Assembly: GCA_964462565.1 (NCBI GenBank)
Contig: CAYWYC010000002.1
Location: 1 to 56,913, forward strand
Reading direction: 5' to 3'
DNA: 56,913 bases
Origin: an uncultured Candidatus Sumerlaeota bacterium
GTDB taxonomy: Bacteria; Sumerlaeota; Sumerlaeia; UBA8349
Shown one piece after another: positions 29,382-40,493 of the stretch. Position numbers and translations under genes: made by a program. The notes under the pieces were generated by a model. It was not told the origin of the DNA, searched no databases, and saw nothing but the letters and a program-made list of their open reading frames with translations. Numbering within the stretch: the stretch's first letter is position 1; every line of letters starts with the position of its first letter.

Positions 29382-31856
29382 ATGCCGAAAAGTATTATTA
29401 TCAATCCCGAAGAAATGCGGAAGGCCAGCTGCCTCAGCATTCCAGAAATTCCTATCTGTCAGTATCAGAAATCGGTCAAGGACGAGGCCAAGAACTACAG
29501 CAAGGAAGACCTGCTGGCCATATACCATGACATGCAGACGATCCGCGTTTTTGAGAACATGCTGCAGGATGTGAAACTCAAGGGTAATTACAATGGCGTG
29601 GAATACGACCACAAGGGCCCGGGCCATCTTTCCATCGGCCAGGAAGCCTCGGCGGTGGGTCAGGCCTTCCTGCTTGACAGCAATGACCACATCTTCGGCA
29701 GTCACCGGTCTCATGGCGAGATCATCGCCAAGAGCCTCTCGGCTATTCGCAAGATGGACGAGAAGGAACTGGACGAAACGCTCAAGAATTACCTGGGCGG
29801 CCTGTGCTATGGTGTGATCGATAAGAACTACGACGGCGACGACGTGCGCGAATTTGCCCGCGAATATCTGCTCTATGGCACTCTGGCGGAAATCTATGGC
29901 CGTCTGGCCGGCATCAACCGCGGCATGGGCGGCTCGATGCACGCCTTTTTCCCGCCCTTTGGCGTTTATCCAAACAACGCCATCGTCGGCGGCTCGGGCG
30001 ATATTTCGGTGGGTGCGGCCATGTTCAAGAAAATCAACCGTAAGGGCGGCATCGTGGTTTGCAATATCGGCGATGCTTCTTCGGCCTGCGGTCCCGTTTG
30101 GGAAGGCCTTTGCCTGGCGACGATGGGGCAGTACAAGACCCTTTGGGAAGGCGACATGAAGGGCGGCCTGCCGCTTATCATGAACTTTGTCAATAATTTC
30201 TACGGTATGGGCGGTCAGCCCTTTGGCGAAACCATGGGTTTTCAGCGTCTGGCGCGTTTGGGTGCGGGCATCAATCCCGAGGCCATGCATGCCGAGACGG
30301 TGGACGGTTACAATCCGCTGGCCGTGGTCGATGCCATGAAGCGCAAGAGAGAGATCATTGCCAAGGGTGACGGTCCGGTCCTGCTCGATACGATCACCTA
30401 CCGCTATTCGGGCCATTCGCCGTCGGACGCTTCCTCCTATCGCGAGAAGAGCGAAGTCGATTCCTGGCGCGAGCATGACAGTATCGAGTCTTTCGGCGAT
30501 CAGCTGGTTGAGGCCAAGGTGGCCACGCAGGCTGAACTGGACGAGATCACCAAGTCCATCGAAGACCGTAACTTCAAGATTTTCAAGATGGCGATCGACC
30601 TGGACCTGTCGCCGCGCATGGACCTGATGAAGCCGGAATGCGAACTCGAGAAGATCATGTTTTCCGATACCCCGGTGGACAATCTGGACCCCGACCGCAA
30701 GCCGGACGTGCTGATGCCCCTGGAAGAGAACCCGCGCCTCAAGAAGATCGCCAAGAAATCGCGTAAGGCCTTTGACGACAAGGGCAAGGCCCTTCCCAAG
30801 TCCCGCGTTCTGGCTCTTCGCGAGGCCCTTTTTGAGGCCATTATCGACCGCTTTTACACCGATCCCACGCTCGTGGCCTATGGCGAGGAAAACCGCGACT
30901 GGGGCGGCGCTTTTGCCGTGTATCAGGGCCTGACGGAAGCCCTGCCTTATCACCGCCTTTTTAACTCGCCCATTTCGGAAGGCGCGATTGTCGGATCGGC
31001 GGTGGGTTATGGGCTTGAAGGCGGACGGCCCCTGGTGGAACTGATGTACTGTGACTTCCTGGGCCGTGCCGGTGATGAAATCTTCAACCAGCTGTCCAAG
31101 TGGCAGAGCATGTCGGGCGGCATTCTCAAGATGCCCGTGGTCCTGCGTGTGTCGGTCGGTTCCAAGTATGGCGCCCAGCACAGCCAGGATTGGACCAGCA
31201 TGGTGGCTCATGTGCCGGGATTGAAGGTGGCATTTCCTGCCACGCCCTACGATGCCAAGGGCCTCATGTACAGCGCCCTGACCGGTACGGATCCGGTGAT
31301 CTTCTTCGAGAGCCAGCGCATCTACGACATCGGCGAGCAGTTCCAGCCCGACGGAGTGCCTGAAGGCCGCTACGAGGTGGCCTTTGGTGAACCCGACATC
31401 AAGCGCACGGGCAAGGACATTACGATCCTGACCATCGGCGCAACGCTTTACCGGGCCATCGAGGCGGCTGACGAGCTGGAGAAGAAGTACGGTATTTCGG
31501 CGGAGATCATTGATGCGCGCTCGCTGGTGCCTTTCAATTATGAACCGGTGATTGAATCGATCAAGAAGACCCGCAAGATTGTCCTGGCTTCCGATGCCTG
31601 TGAACGTGGCAGTTACCTGCATACAATGGCTTCGACGATCAACCAGTTGGCCTACGACGAACTGGACGCTCCGCCCACCGTGGTTGGCGCGCGCAACTGG
31701 ATCACGCCTCCGGCCGAATTGGAAGAGGCCTTCTTTCCGCAGCCCTGGGACATTCTGGACGCGATCAACGAATACATCATTCCGCTGCAGGGCTACCAGC
31801 CCGTGGAAGACGCTGCCGCCGCGGAGAAAATCCGCCGGGAGAAATTCGGCGTCTGA
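29382..31856 (+). CDS. Fused E1 alpha+beta ThDP-dependent dehydrogenase (2-oxoacid/acetoin dehydrogenase family)
   Basis: Alpha part: [24 protein letters not shown] and [11 protein letters not shown]. Beta part: [32 protein letters not shown] and IDARSLVP. Confidence 0.92.
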   Translation: MPKSIIINPEEMRKASCLSIPEIPICQYQKSVKDEAKNYSKEDLLAIYHDMQTIRVFENMLQDVKLKGNYNGVEYDHKGPGHLSIGQEASAVGQAFLLDSNDHIFGSHRSHGEIIAKSLSAIRKMDEKELDETLKNYLGGLCYGVIDKNYDGDDVREFAREYLLYGTLAEIYGRLAGINRGMGGSMHAFFPPFGVYPNNAIVGGSGDISVGAAMFKKINRKGGIVVCNIGDASSACGPVWEGLCLATMGQYKTLWEGDMKGGLPLIMNFVNNFYGMGGQPFGETMGFQRLARLGAGINPEAMHAETVDGYNPLAVVDAMKRKREIIAKGDGPVLLDTITYRYSGHSPSDASSYREKSEVDSWREHDSIESFGDQLVEAKVATQAELDEITKSIEDRNFKIFKMAIDLDLSPRMDLMKPECELEKIMFSDTPVDNLDPDRKPDVLMPLEENPRLKKIAKKSRKAFDDKGKALPKSRVLALREALFEAIIDRFYTDPTLVAYGEENRDWGGAFAVYQGLTEALPYHRLFNSPISEGAIVGSAVGYGLEGGRPLVELMYCDFLGRAGDEIFNQLSKWQSMSGGILKMPVVLRVSVGSKYGAQHSQDWTSMVAHVPGLKVAFPATPYDAKGLMYSALTGTDPVIFFESQRIYDIGEQFQPDGVPEGRYEVAFGEPDIKRTGKDITILTIGATLYRAIEAADELEKKYGISAEIIDARSLVPFNYEPVIESIKKTRKIVLASDACERGSYLHTMASTINQLAYDELDAPPTVVGARNWITPPAELEEAFFPQPWDILDAINEYIIPLQGYQPVEDAAAAEKIRREKFGV

Positions 31857-31888
31857 TTCATTGACGAAAAGCAGCGTTAAGCATGAAG

Positions 31889-31945
31889 GCCCTTCTGGGT
31901 TTCAGGATTCTGGTTCGATCCATGAAGCCCGGGAGGGTTTTGTGT
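31889..31945 (+). terminator. Long hairpin / probable terminator after the E1 gene
   Basis: GCCCTTCTGGGTTTCA pairs with TGAAGCCCGGGAGGGT (including G-U pairs) and is followed by a T-rich tract. Confidence 0.55.
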
Positions 31946-32179
31946 TATGGCTCGAGGACCTGGGTACGTTTGGCGCGGCAAAAAAGGGAACTCCCGGCCG
32001 GCTGGATTTTGATCTTGACGTTATGTGAATTTAACAGGCAATATGAAAAGCAGGCATACAGACATAACTGGCGTGTTATCCAAGTGTGGAGGCGGGTAAT
32101 AGTACCGGGACGAAAAAGGCAAACGCCTTGGCGCAAGTCGTCTTAATGCGTGATAAACCAGAATTCTGGAGAGATATAT

Positions 32180-33589
<1,410 letters not shown>

Positions 33590-33719
33590 GAGGGCGATGG
33601 CCCCTGCTTATTCTTCATCTGTTACCGAGGTGACGCAGGATACTTTCGAAGATGGGGTTAGGTGCTGCATATTCTGCAAAAATATAGCCCGGGCAATTTG
33701 GAAGAGGGAACCTGATTTC

Positions 33720-33762
33720 AGCCTGCTTCAGCAGGCTCTTCTTTGCCCCCGGGTTTACCCGG
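33720..33762. terminator. Paired short hairpins (terminator or REP-like) between convergent asnS and rlmD
   Basis: AGCCTGC-TTCA-GCAGGCT and CCGGG-TTTA-CCCGG. Confidence 0.45.
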
Positions 33763-33809
33763 AGGGAACCGAGGCAATAAAAAATAGAACTTAGCGCGCT
33801 TTAGCGTGC

Positions 33810-35234
33810 TTAAGCCTGCAAGTCGAAGCGGATGACCGTTTCGATATGATAGGTCTGGGGAAAGAGGTCCACCGGCTGCATGACGGTGGGGTGGTATCCG
33901 GCTTCGGTGATCGTGACCAGGTCGCGCGCCAGGGTTGATGGGTTGCAGGACACGTAGATCAGGACGGGGGCCTTGATTTCCAGGATGCCCCGAAGTGAAC
34001 GTTTATCCATGCCGCCACGGGGCGGGTCCATAATGATGCGACCGAATGGTCCTCCCGGCATATCCATCGCCAGCGGCAGAGCGTCGCGCATGTGGCCGGC
34101 CAGGAAGGTGCAGTTTTCCACGCCGTTGCGTTCGGCGTTTTCGCGGGCGTCCCAGATTGCCTCTTTCACGATTTCGATTCCGACAAGTTCCTTGACGCGG
34201 TCGGCGCAGAAAAGCCCGATGCTGCCCGTACCGCAATAGGCATCGAGGAGGCGCGTGTTTTCCGAATCGCCCAGGAGTTCGCGGATGACGGTGTAGAGTT
34301 TTTCGGCGGCGGGGGTGTTTACCTGGAAGAAGGAGAGGGGAGAGACGCGGAATTTCAGGTCGCCCAGTGTTTCGTAAATTTGTGGTTCGCCCCATTGCCA
34401 GGCTTCGCGTTCCAGCCGTGCGATGTCGGCAATGCCCGTATTGATGCCCCAGACAAAGCCCTGCAATTGGGGACAGGCGGCCGTCAAGCGTTCCACGAGT
34501 TTTTCCTTGTCGGGCAATTCGCCTTCGTGGGTCAGCAGCAGGCAGATAATACCGTCGCTGTGGGTGGAGTGGCGGATGATGAGGTGACGCAGGAAGCCCT
34601 TGTGGCTTTTCTGATTATAGACGCTCAGGTCATAGTCATACATGTAGCGCGTCATTTCCTGGAGGAGGAAATCGATGGGTTCGGGTTGCAGGAGGCAGCG
34701 TTGCACGTCGATAATCCGCCAGAACATGGCAGGCTCATGAAAGCCCAGGACGCGCTTTTTGTCGGCATTGAAGCCAAAGGTGTAGTCCATCTTGTTGCGA
34801 TAGCGCCATTCCTCGGGCGAAGCAATGATCGGGCGGATCTCGTCGGGACGCGCGCCGCCGCCCAGACGTTCGCAGACTTCCTCGGCCTGTTTCTGCTTGT
34901 GAGCCAACTGGACCCGATAGGGGATGTTCTGCCAGGTGCAGCCGCCGCATTCGCCGAAAAGCGGGCAGGGCGCTTCGATGCGTTCGGGCGAGGGGCTCAA
35001 GATCTCTTCCATTATCGCTTCGGCATGGTTTTTCTGGCGCTTGGTGATGCGTGCCTTCACTCGATCCCCGGGTATGGCGTTTTTTACGAAAACCACATAG
35101 CCATCCACCTTGGCCACACCTTTTCCGCCATAGGCCAGGTCCAAAATATCCAGTTCCACCAGCGCGTTTTTCTGAATGTGCCCCGGGATTTTAGGTTTGG
35201 ATTTGACTGAGGAATGCAACTTGTTCTTATCCAT
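33810..35234 (-). CDS. rlmD: 23S rRNA (uracil-5)-methyltransferase RlmD/RumA
   Basis: TRAM domain, CPLFGECGGC Fe-S motif, YRNK, SFFQVN, DAYCGTG, DPPRGG, YVSCNPSTLARD and DLFPQTYHIE. Confidence 0.95.
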   Translation of the reverse strand: MDKNKLHSSVKSKPKIPGHIQKNALVELDILDLAYGGKGVAKVDGYVVFVKNAIPGDRVKARITKRQKNHAEAIMEEILSPSPERIEAPCPLFGECGGCTWQNIPYRVQLAHKQKQAEEVCERLGGGARPDEIRPIIASPEEWRYRNKMDYTFGFNADKKRVLGFHEPAMFWRIIDVQRCLLQPEPIDFLLQEMTRYMYDYDLSVYNQKSHKGFLRHLIIRHSTHSDGIICLLLTHEGELPDKEKLVERLTAACPQLQGFVWGINTGIADIARLEREAWQWGEPQIYETLGDLKFRVSPLSFFQVNTPAAEKLYTVIRELLGDSENTRLLDAYCGTGSIGLFCADRVKELVGIEIVKEAIWDARENAERNGVENCTFLAGHMRDALPLAMDMPGGPFGRIIMDPPRGGMDKRSLRGILEIKAPVLIYVSCNPSTLARDLVTITEAGYHPTVMQPVDLFPQTYHIETVIRFDLQA

Positions 35235-35242
35235 ATCTGTTG

Positions 35243-35617
35243 TCAGTGATTATCCTTCTGCCTGTTATTGGCCTTCATCCCTTCACACCATTCTTCAAAG
35301 CCGCGACGCCGCCATTTGAATGGAAAGTCGCGGCATTGCTCCGGTTTGGCGTCGCCTTCGATACGGCAGGAGGCCAGGCCTTTTTCGTCGCGCATGAGGA
35401 AGATGCATGGCTCGTCTTCACCTTCGCCATCAATCAGCCAGCGCTCATATCCCGCCGCGCCGTGGGTGTACTTGTCCAGGAAGTCCGGCAAGTCCATGTC
35501 CAGATACCCGGCAATCTTGCGGCACTCCTCTTCCGTCACATTCACAAAGCCCGCACCCGTGCAGCATTTGCCACAGCGCGCGCAGGTGAAGGAGTCAATT
35601 GCCTTTTTCTTTGACAT
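35243..35617 (-). CDS. YkgJ-family cysteine-cluster (CxxCxxCC) protein
   Basis: FTCARCGKCC, PCIFL, SCRI and KPEQCRDFPF. Confidence 0.85.
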   Translation of the reverse strand: MSKKKAIDSFTCARCGKCCTGAGFVNVTEEECRKIAGYLDMDLPDFLDKYTHGAAGYERWLIDGEGEDEPCIFLMRDEKGLASCRIEGDAKPEQCRDFPFKWRRRGFEEWCEGMKANNRQKDNH

Positions 35618-35645
35618 TTAATCGCTACTGCCTGAATAAAATATA

Positions 35646-35679
35646 CTCCGGCCGCCTGAAACCTTTCACACGGCCGGAG
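35646..35679 (-). terminator. Intrinsic terminator after the SPFH pair
   Basis: Hairpin CTCCGGCCG..TGAAA-CC-TTTCA..CGGCCGGAG, followed on the minus strand by TATATTTTATT. Confidence 0.6.
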
Positions 35680-35691
35680 CGGTGGATCATA

Positions 35692-36822
35692 TTAATCAGT
35701 TGCGCCCAGTCTTTCCACCATTTTTTCCACATCGAGAAAGTTGATTTCCACGGTGGAGAGGGTGACGCTATCCAGCATAAGGCCACTCACGGCTTCGCGC
35801 GCCACCAGATTCTTGCCGCCGGAGCCCTGGAGCGCCTGGGCTTTCAGTTGCTCACCCTTGGCGGTGGCTTCCTTTTCCAGCAGGTCGCCTGCCGCGATTT
35901 TTTCCGCCGCGTAGAGATCGGCATCGGCGCGGATTCTGGCGACTTTCAGGTCGGCCTCGGCACGAATCGAAGCAATCTGCTTTTCCGTCTCGGCTTTCAT
36001 CTTCACCAGTTCCGATTCCTGCTCCTGCGCGATTACCATGACCTTCGCTTCGGTCTCGGCGGCAATCTTGTTGGTCTCGCCGCGTTTTTCCTCACGGATG
36101 GCGCGGGACTTGTTCAGTTCAACATCCTGGTCGGCCAGTTTTTTGTCCAGAATTTTCCTTTCATAAGCTTCAGCAAAAGAAATATCACGCACGAGGATGC
36201 TGATCAGATCTACATTGATGCGATCCAACTCACGGGTCAAGGATTCCGTTGCTTCTTCCTGGGCAGTTCGCCGAATGTCCGGCTTGTAAAATTCTTCCGT
36301 TCGCAAATTGCCGAAAACCGTTCTTAAAGCCTGTTGGGACTGGTCGCGGACGAGACCCTTATAGCGTTCACCGGGACCCACGTCCTGGAAAAGTTTCCAG
36401 GCGCTGTCGGGCTTGATGCGATATTTCACGGTCACGTCGAGTTTGACCGTATAGCCGTCTTTCGATTTGAGCTCAATCCGCTCAGGGCCCGTATAGGGTA
36501 CTGAGGAATATTCACTAGGCGCTGAACTCCGAAAGAGCGACTCCCGCCAATTGGCCAGGCGTTTGCGGTCCTGCTCTGAAGTAAATTCCGTAGTCTGAAC
36601 GGTGGCGTCAAATACTTCCCACGTATCCAAACCCGGAATGCGTCGGTGCCAACCGGGGCCAAAATCGTTCTTCTGTACGCCTTTTTTGCCCAGGAATCCA
36701 TACTGTTGAAGGCGAACACCTACTTCCCCAATGTTGATACGAATAAGTAGAACCTTAAAAAACGCGAAGAATAGGATAACGACTATGATAATAATTGATG
36801 CGATGAAGTTTATTTTTTTCAT
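35692..36822 (-). CDS. SPFH/band-7 domain membrane protein (paralogue 2)
   Basis: N-terminal TM helix, [23 protein letters not shown] and an Ala/Glu-rich coiled coil. Confidence 0.85.
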   Translation of the reverse strand: MKKINFIASIIIIVVILFFAFFKVLLIRINIGEVGVRLQQYGFLGKKGVQKNDFGPGWHRRIPGLDTWEVFDATVQTTEFTSEQDRKRLANWRESLFRSSAPSEYSSVPYTGPERIELKSKDGYTVKLDVTVKYRIKPDSAWKLFQDVGPGERYKGLVRDQSQQALRTVFGNLRTEEFYKPDIRRTAQEEATESLTRELDRINVDLISILVRDISFAEAYERKILDKKLADQDVELNKSRAIREEKRGETNKIAAETEAKVMVIAQEQESELVKMKAETEKQIASIRAEADLKVARIRADADLYAAEKIAAGDLLEKEATAKGEQLKAQALQGSGGKNLVAREAVSGLMLDSVTLSTVEINFLDVEKMVERLGATD

Positions 36823-36863
36823 AATAAGGCTCCTTTAATTTCCATTCTGACAAATTGAGTTTA

Positions 36864-37994
36864 TCAGCGGGCTGGCGCGGCAGGACGACGTGAGACGGCT
36901 CCGCCTTCTTCGGAATGGGTGAAGCGTTCCGTTGTCCCATTGATCACATAAGGCTGGCCCGATATACGCATGTTCTTCAGCCGCTTCGCATATTCCAGTT
37001 TCACCAGATTCATGCCGCCATCACCGATCAAGGCTTGCGCCATTTTGGCCGTTCCTTCGGCTTCGGTTTTCTTCTGGGCCATGATCGCCTTGGCGTTCTG
37101 CTCTTTACCATAAAACTGGGCGTCGCCGTTTTTTTCTTTTTCAATCGCGTAGGCCTGTGCGTCTTTCACGATGCGTTCGGCGCTCGCTTCTGCTTCCACC
37201 AATAACTTTTGCATCTCGCCTTTGTAAGACTCTATCTCCACTTCCTTTTTCTTGGTCGCCTCCACCGTGCGGAAAATCTGATTTTGCCGTGCGGCATTGG
37301 CTTTAGAAATCTGCTCCTCCACTTCCTGGTCGGCCAGTTTCTTTTCCTTGATCTTTTCTTCATATTCTTCATGAAAGCGGAATTTTTCGGCAATTACGCT
37401 CATGATTTCGATGCCAAAGGGGTTCAGTTCTTCGTTGAGTTCCAACTTTGCCTTGAGCGCCTTGCCGTCCCGTTCGCTGGCGTCATAGAACTGCTCCGTC
37501 GTCAACTCGCCCAGTACCGAGCGGCAGACAGATCGCGAATAATCGCGCACCCATTTGGCCTTGTAGGCGTCGTAAAGCCCCGAAGTCAAGGCCAGTTCCT
37601 TTACCTTCTCCGGAAGCATGCGATAGTTAATCGTCAGGTCCACATACACGTCGCTTCCGTCCAGTGTCTTGATGCGCAGATCGTCCTGGCCGCGCCGGTC
37701 GCCCCGTTCGGTCGTGGCTGTCATTTCCAGGCGTTGCACGGTCTTGTCCAGTACGTAAAACGATGTGAGCAGGCCATTATAAATCTGAGTACCCTGACTG
37801 TCGATGACGGATACTTTGCCGGTCAGATTGTTGATCCGAATCCCCACTTCCGTACCCGAAATCCGGTCTACGCGTATGGTCACCAAAACCAGAATGACCA
37901 CCAGCAGCACTGCCACAAGTAGCAGAATAATGGAGCTGCCAAAGCTCTTCATAATCTGCTTGCCCTGTGCTTCAAAGCTGTTTCCTTTCGCCAT
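36864..37994 (-). CDS. SPFH/band-7 domain membrane protein (paralogue 1)
   Basis: N-terminal TM helix, TEVGIR, TLDGSDVYVDLTINYRM and a coiled coil. Confidence 0.85.
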   Translation of the reverse strand: MAKGNSFEAQGKQIMKSFGSSIILLLVAVLLVVILVLVTIRVDRISGTEVGIRINNLTGKVSVIDSQGTQIYNGLLTSFYVLDKTVQRLEMTATTERGDRRGQDDLRIKTLDGSDVYVDLTINYRMLPEKVKELALTSGLYDAYKAKWVRDYSRSVCRSVLGELTTEQFYDASERDGKALKAKLELNEELNPFGIEIMSVIAEKFRFHEEYEEKIKEKKLADQEVEEQISKANAARQNQIFRTVEATKKKEVEIESYKGEMQKLLVEAEASAERIVKDAQAYAIEKEKNGDAQFYGKEQNAKAIMAQKKTEAEGTAKMAQALIGDGGMNLVKLEYAKRLKNMRISGQPYVINGTTERFTHSEEGGAVSRRPAAPAR

Positions 37995-38292
37995 AATGCA
38001 TCTCCTTTATAAGATATGGATTTGTAACTCTCTCTATAAATCGCATTCGTCGTTTTGATCAAACCAAATGCATTCGAGTCCAATTTGGGACGCACTTACA
38101 GCGCTTGCCGTTTTTGCGTTCCTGGTCCTGGGGTTCTGCTTCCTTCGGGCGCTACACCCCGCTGAAAAACATGATAAATGATATTGTCATGATTTATGTT
38201 ACATCCTTTTACTTACTACGAACCGGCTCGAATTATTTCTCTTGCAGGACCATAAGCCGTTTGGGCTTGTAGTCAGCGACCTCTCGGCAGCC

Positions 38293-39105
38293 TTACTCCA
38301 GCCGATCCGGTTCCACGGCAACCATTCTGCGGAAGTTGGTCCAGAGGGTGATAATTCCTGCCACCATGCTTCCCAATATCAGGACCGGAAAAGGCACATG
38401 CACGAAAAAGCCCAGCACAAAGGCCACCACGGCAACGGCGATCAGCCCCAGCAGCGAACGAATGATTTTGACTTCCAACTCGTCCTTCAGCGATGACGGA
38501 TGCCGCCGGATAAAGTGGTCGTGTTTTTGGTATGCCGATCTCGAGTATTCAATATCGGGAAAGGCATAACGCAGAGCGCCGTGTTCCGTATCCAGATCGG
38601 CACGGGCGCATCCGAGCTTTACTAAATCGCGCAGGCGCTGTTTTACCTGCTTGAGGGTCATCCGTGAGCGGCGGGCAATATCGGCGATCCTTGCGCCTCC
38701 GGATGATCCGGAGGTGATGTAGAGCAGTTCATGCTGCCATACGGCGTCGGCGGGCCAAGCGCGTTCTTCGGCCAGCCGCCACACTTCTTCGAAGACCCGG
38801 GATTCGCATTTCAGGCAAAGCGGAATGTCCGAGTCATGGGGCAGTTCGTCCTCGCAATAAACGCACTTGTCCAGATCCAGCCTTTGCTTGTCCGCGTCGA
38901 GGAGTTCGTGGAAAATATAGGTCCGAAAGCCGTCTTCCGTGTCGGACAGAACGACCGTGTTGTCCACCATCTCATCGAGATATTCGATGATCAGTTCGAG
39001 CGAAACAGGCAGCCAGGGAGCCAGGTCATTGGGCGTAATCCGGCCACCCTTGGCCGCAGCGATGCGGCCCGCCAAATTCTCGAGGGAAGCGCGAAAGGCG
39101 TTCAT
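38293..39105 (-). CDS. Hypothetical membrane protein: wHTH-like, Zn ribbon, wHTH-like, two C-terminal TM helices
   Basis: GGAGA RBS before the ATG at 39105; CVYC..CLKC; two related helix-turn-helix-wing segments; C-terminal hydrophobic hairpin. Confidence 0.7.
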   Translation of the reverse strand: MNAFRASLENLAGRIAAAKGGRITPNDLAPWLPVSLELIIEYLDEMVDNTVVLSDTEDGFRTYIFHELLDADKQRLDLDKCVYCEDELPHDSDIPLCLKCESRVFEEVWRLAEERAWPADAVWQHELLYITSGSSGGARIADIARRSRMTLKQVKQRLRDLVKLGCARADLDTEHGALRYAFPDIEYSRSAYQKHDHFIRRHPSSLKDELEVKIIRSLLGLIAVAVVAFVLGFFVHVPFPVLILGSMVAGIITLWTNFRRMVAVEPDRLE

Positions 39106-39420
39106 GCTGATCTTCTCCGTCTTGTCCAAGGCAAAATTATTATCAAGATAATGGGGATGTCTGCTCATCCAAGCAGAAATTGCTCTCAGATTCATTGTGC
39201 TTGATGCCTCCCTTCCATGCAATGAAAAGCCATAACAATCTGCATGGGAACAGGAGGCATAGAGCATGCCAGCGTGAGGGAATTTCGTATATACCTGAAA
39301 TAATATGACTTATGTCTGAGTTCACAATGGGGGTAACTGTGAAACCATGTGGCGAAAAACGGGATCAGGTGGCCGTTCTTACCAGTTTGCGGCGAAAGCT
39401 GCATCCCGTTCCGGGCTGGA

Positions 39421-40473
39421 TCAGCGACCTTCCAAGGCGCTCGAGGCCGAACGGATCAATTCTTCCGTCTCATCCCATCCAATGCAGGCGTCGGTGATGG
39501 ACTGGCCATATTCCATTTCTTCGACAGGCAGTTTCACCTTTTGGCTGCCGGGCTGGATGTAGCTTTCCAGCATCATCCCGGAGATCGACTTACTGCCGCC
39601 GGTGATCTGCTTTAGAACGTTATCCCACACTTCCCGTTGGCGGCGGTAGTCCTTGTGGGAGTTGGCGTGGCTGCAGTCGATGATGATGCCGTTATGGATG
39701 CCGGCTTTTTCCAGGAGCACTTCGGTAAAGACCACATATTCGCGCTCGTAATTCGGACCAGTAAGGCCTCCGCGCAGGACGACGTGTCCGTAGTGGTTGC
39801 CGTGGGTGGTGGCGACGGCGGCGCGTCCGTCTTCGGCAATGCCCAGGAATGCATGGGGGCTGGACGCCGCCTTGATTGCCTCGACGGCAATATTCGGATT
39901 GCCGGAGGTGGAATTTTTGAAACCAATCGGCATGGACAGGCCGCTGGCCATCTGACGGTGGATCTGGGAAGAGGCGGTTCGTGCGCCAATGGAGACCCAG
40001 GCAACGAGATCGGAAAGATACTGGGGCACGATGGGATCGAGGATTTCCATGGCCGTGGGCACTCCTAATCGGGTGATTTCCAGCAGGATTTCGCGGCTCA
40101 GGCGAACGCCTTCGGAAATATCATCAGAGCCATCGAGCAAGGGGTCGTAGAGCAGGCCCTTCCAGCCAAGGGTGGTGCGCGGTTTTTCAAAATAGGTGCG
40201 CATGACGAGGCAAATGTTCTCTTTCACTACTTCCTGCAAGCGCTGCAAACGTTGGGCATAATCCAGCGCCGCCTCGTGGTCATGGATGGAGCAGGGGCCG
40301 ACGATGGCCAGCATGCGCTTGTCTCTTCCGCAGAGGATGCTCTGGATGGTTTTTCGCGCGGGCAGAACCGTATTCTGGGCCAGTTCATCGGAAAGGGGAT
40401 ACTGGTCCTTCAATTCTTTGGGGCTGATAAGGGGCTGCAAATCCTTGATATTGACATTTTCCGTCAGTTTCAC
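39421..40473 (-). CDS. Class I DAHP synthase (AroF/G/H-type)
   Basis: IVGPCSIHD, MRTYFEKPRTTLGWKG, IGART, MASGLSMPIGFKN, DCSHANS and YGQSITDACIGW; probable GTG start at 40473. Confidence 0.95.
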   Translation of the reverse strand: MKLTENVNIKDLQPLISPKELKDQYPLSDELAQNTVLPARKTIQSILCGRDKRMLAIVGPCSIHDHEAALDYAQRLQRLQEVVKENICLVMRTYFEKPRTTLGWKGLLYDPLLDGSDDISEGVRLSREILLEITRLGVPTAMEILDPIVPQYLSDLVAWVSIGARTASSQIHRQMASGLSMPIGFKNSTSGNPNIAVEAIKAASSPHAFLGIAEDGRAAVATTHGNHYGHVVLRGGLTGPNYEREYVVFTEVLLEKAGIHNGIIIDCSHANSHKDYRRQREVWDNVLKQITGGSKSISGMMLESYIQPGSQKVKLPVEEMEYGQSITDACIGWDETEELIRSASSALEGR

Positions 40474-40493
40474 TTTTTCATTTCTCCTTTGAT

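Noticed and set aside
29349-31622. 757-aa antisense ORF over the E1 gene (similarly 5807-7834, 16326-18218, 18279-20123, 26779-28293 and 54117-55616)
   Set aside because: These are shadow ORFs expected from GC-rich codon bias. They have no recognisable motifs and overlap well-supported genes on the opposite strand.
31880-31950. tRNA-like GGTTCGATCC motif
   Set aside because: It lies in the loop of a single long hairpin after the E1 gene, with no cloverleaf, D-arm or acceptor stem.
40470-40481. ATG-AAA-AAG-TGA mini-ORF or possible frameshift at the DAHP synthase start
   Set aside because: The ATG is too close to the AAGGAG RBS, whereas the in-frame GTG at 40473 is acceptably spaced, so no recoding is needed.
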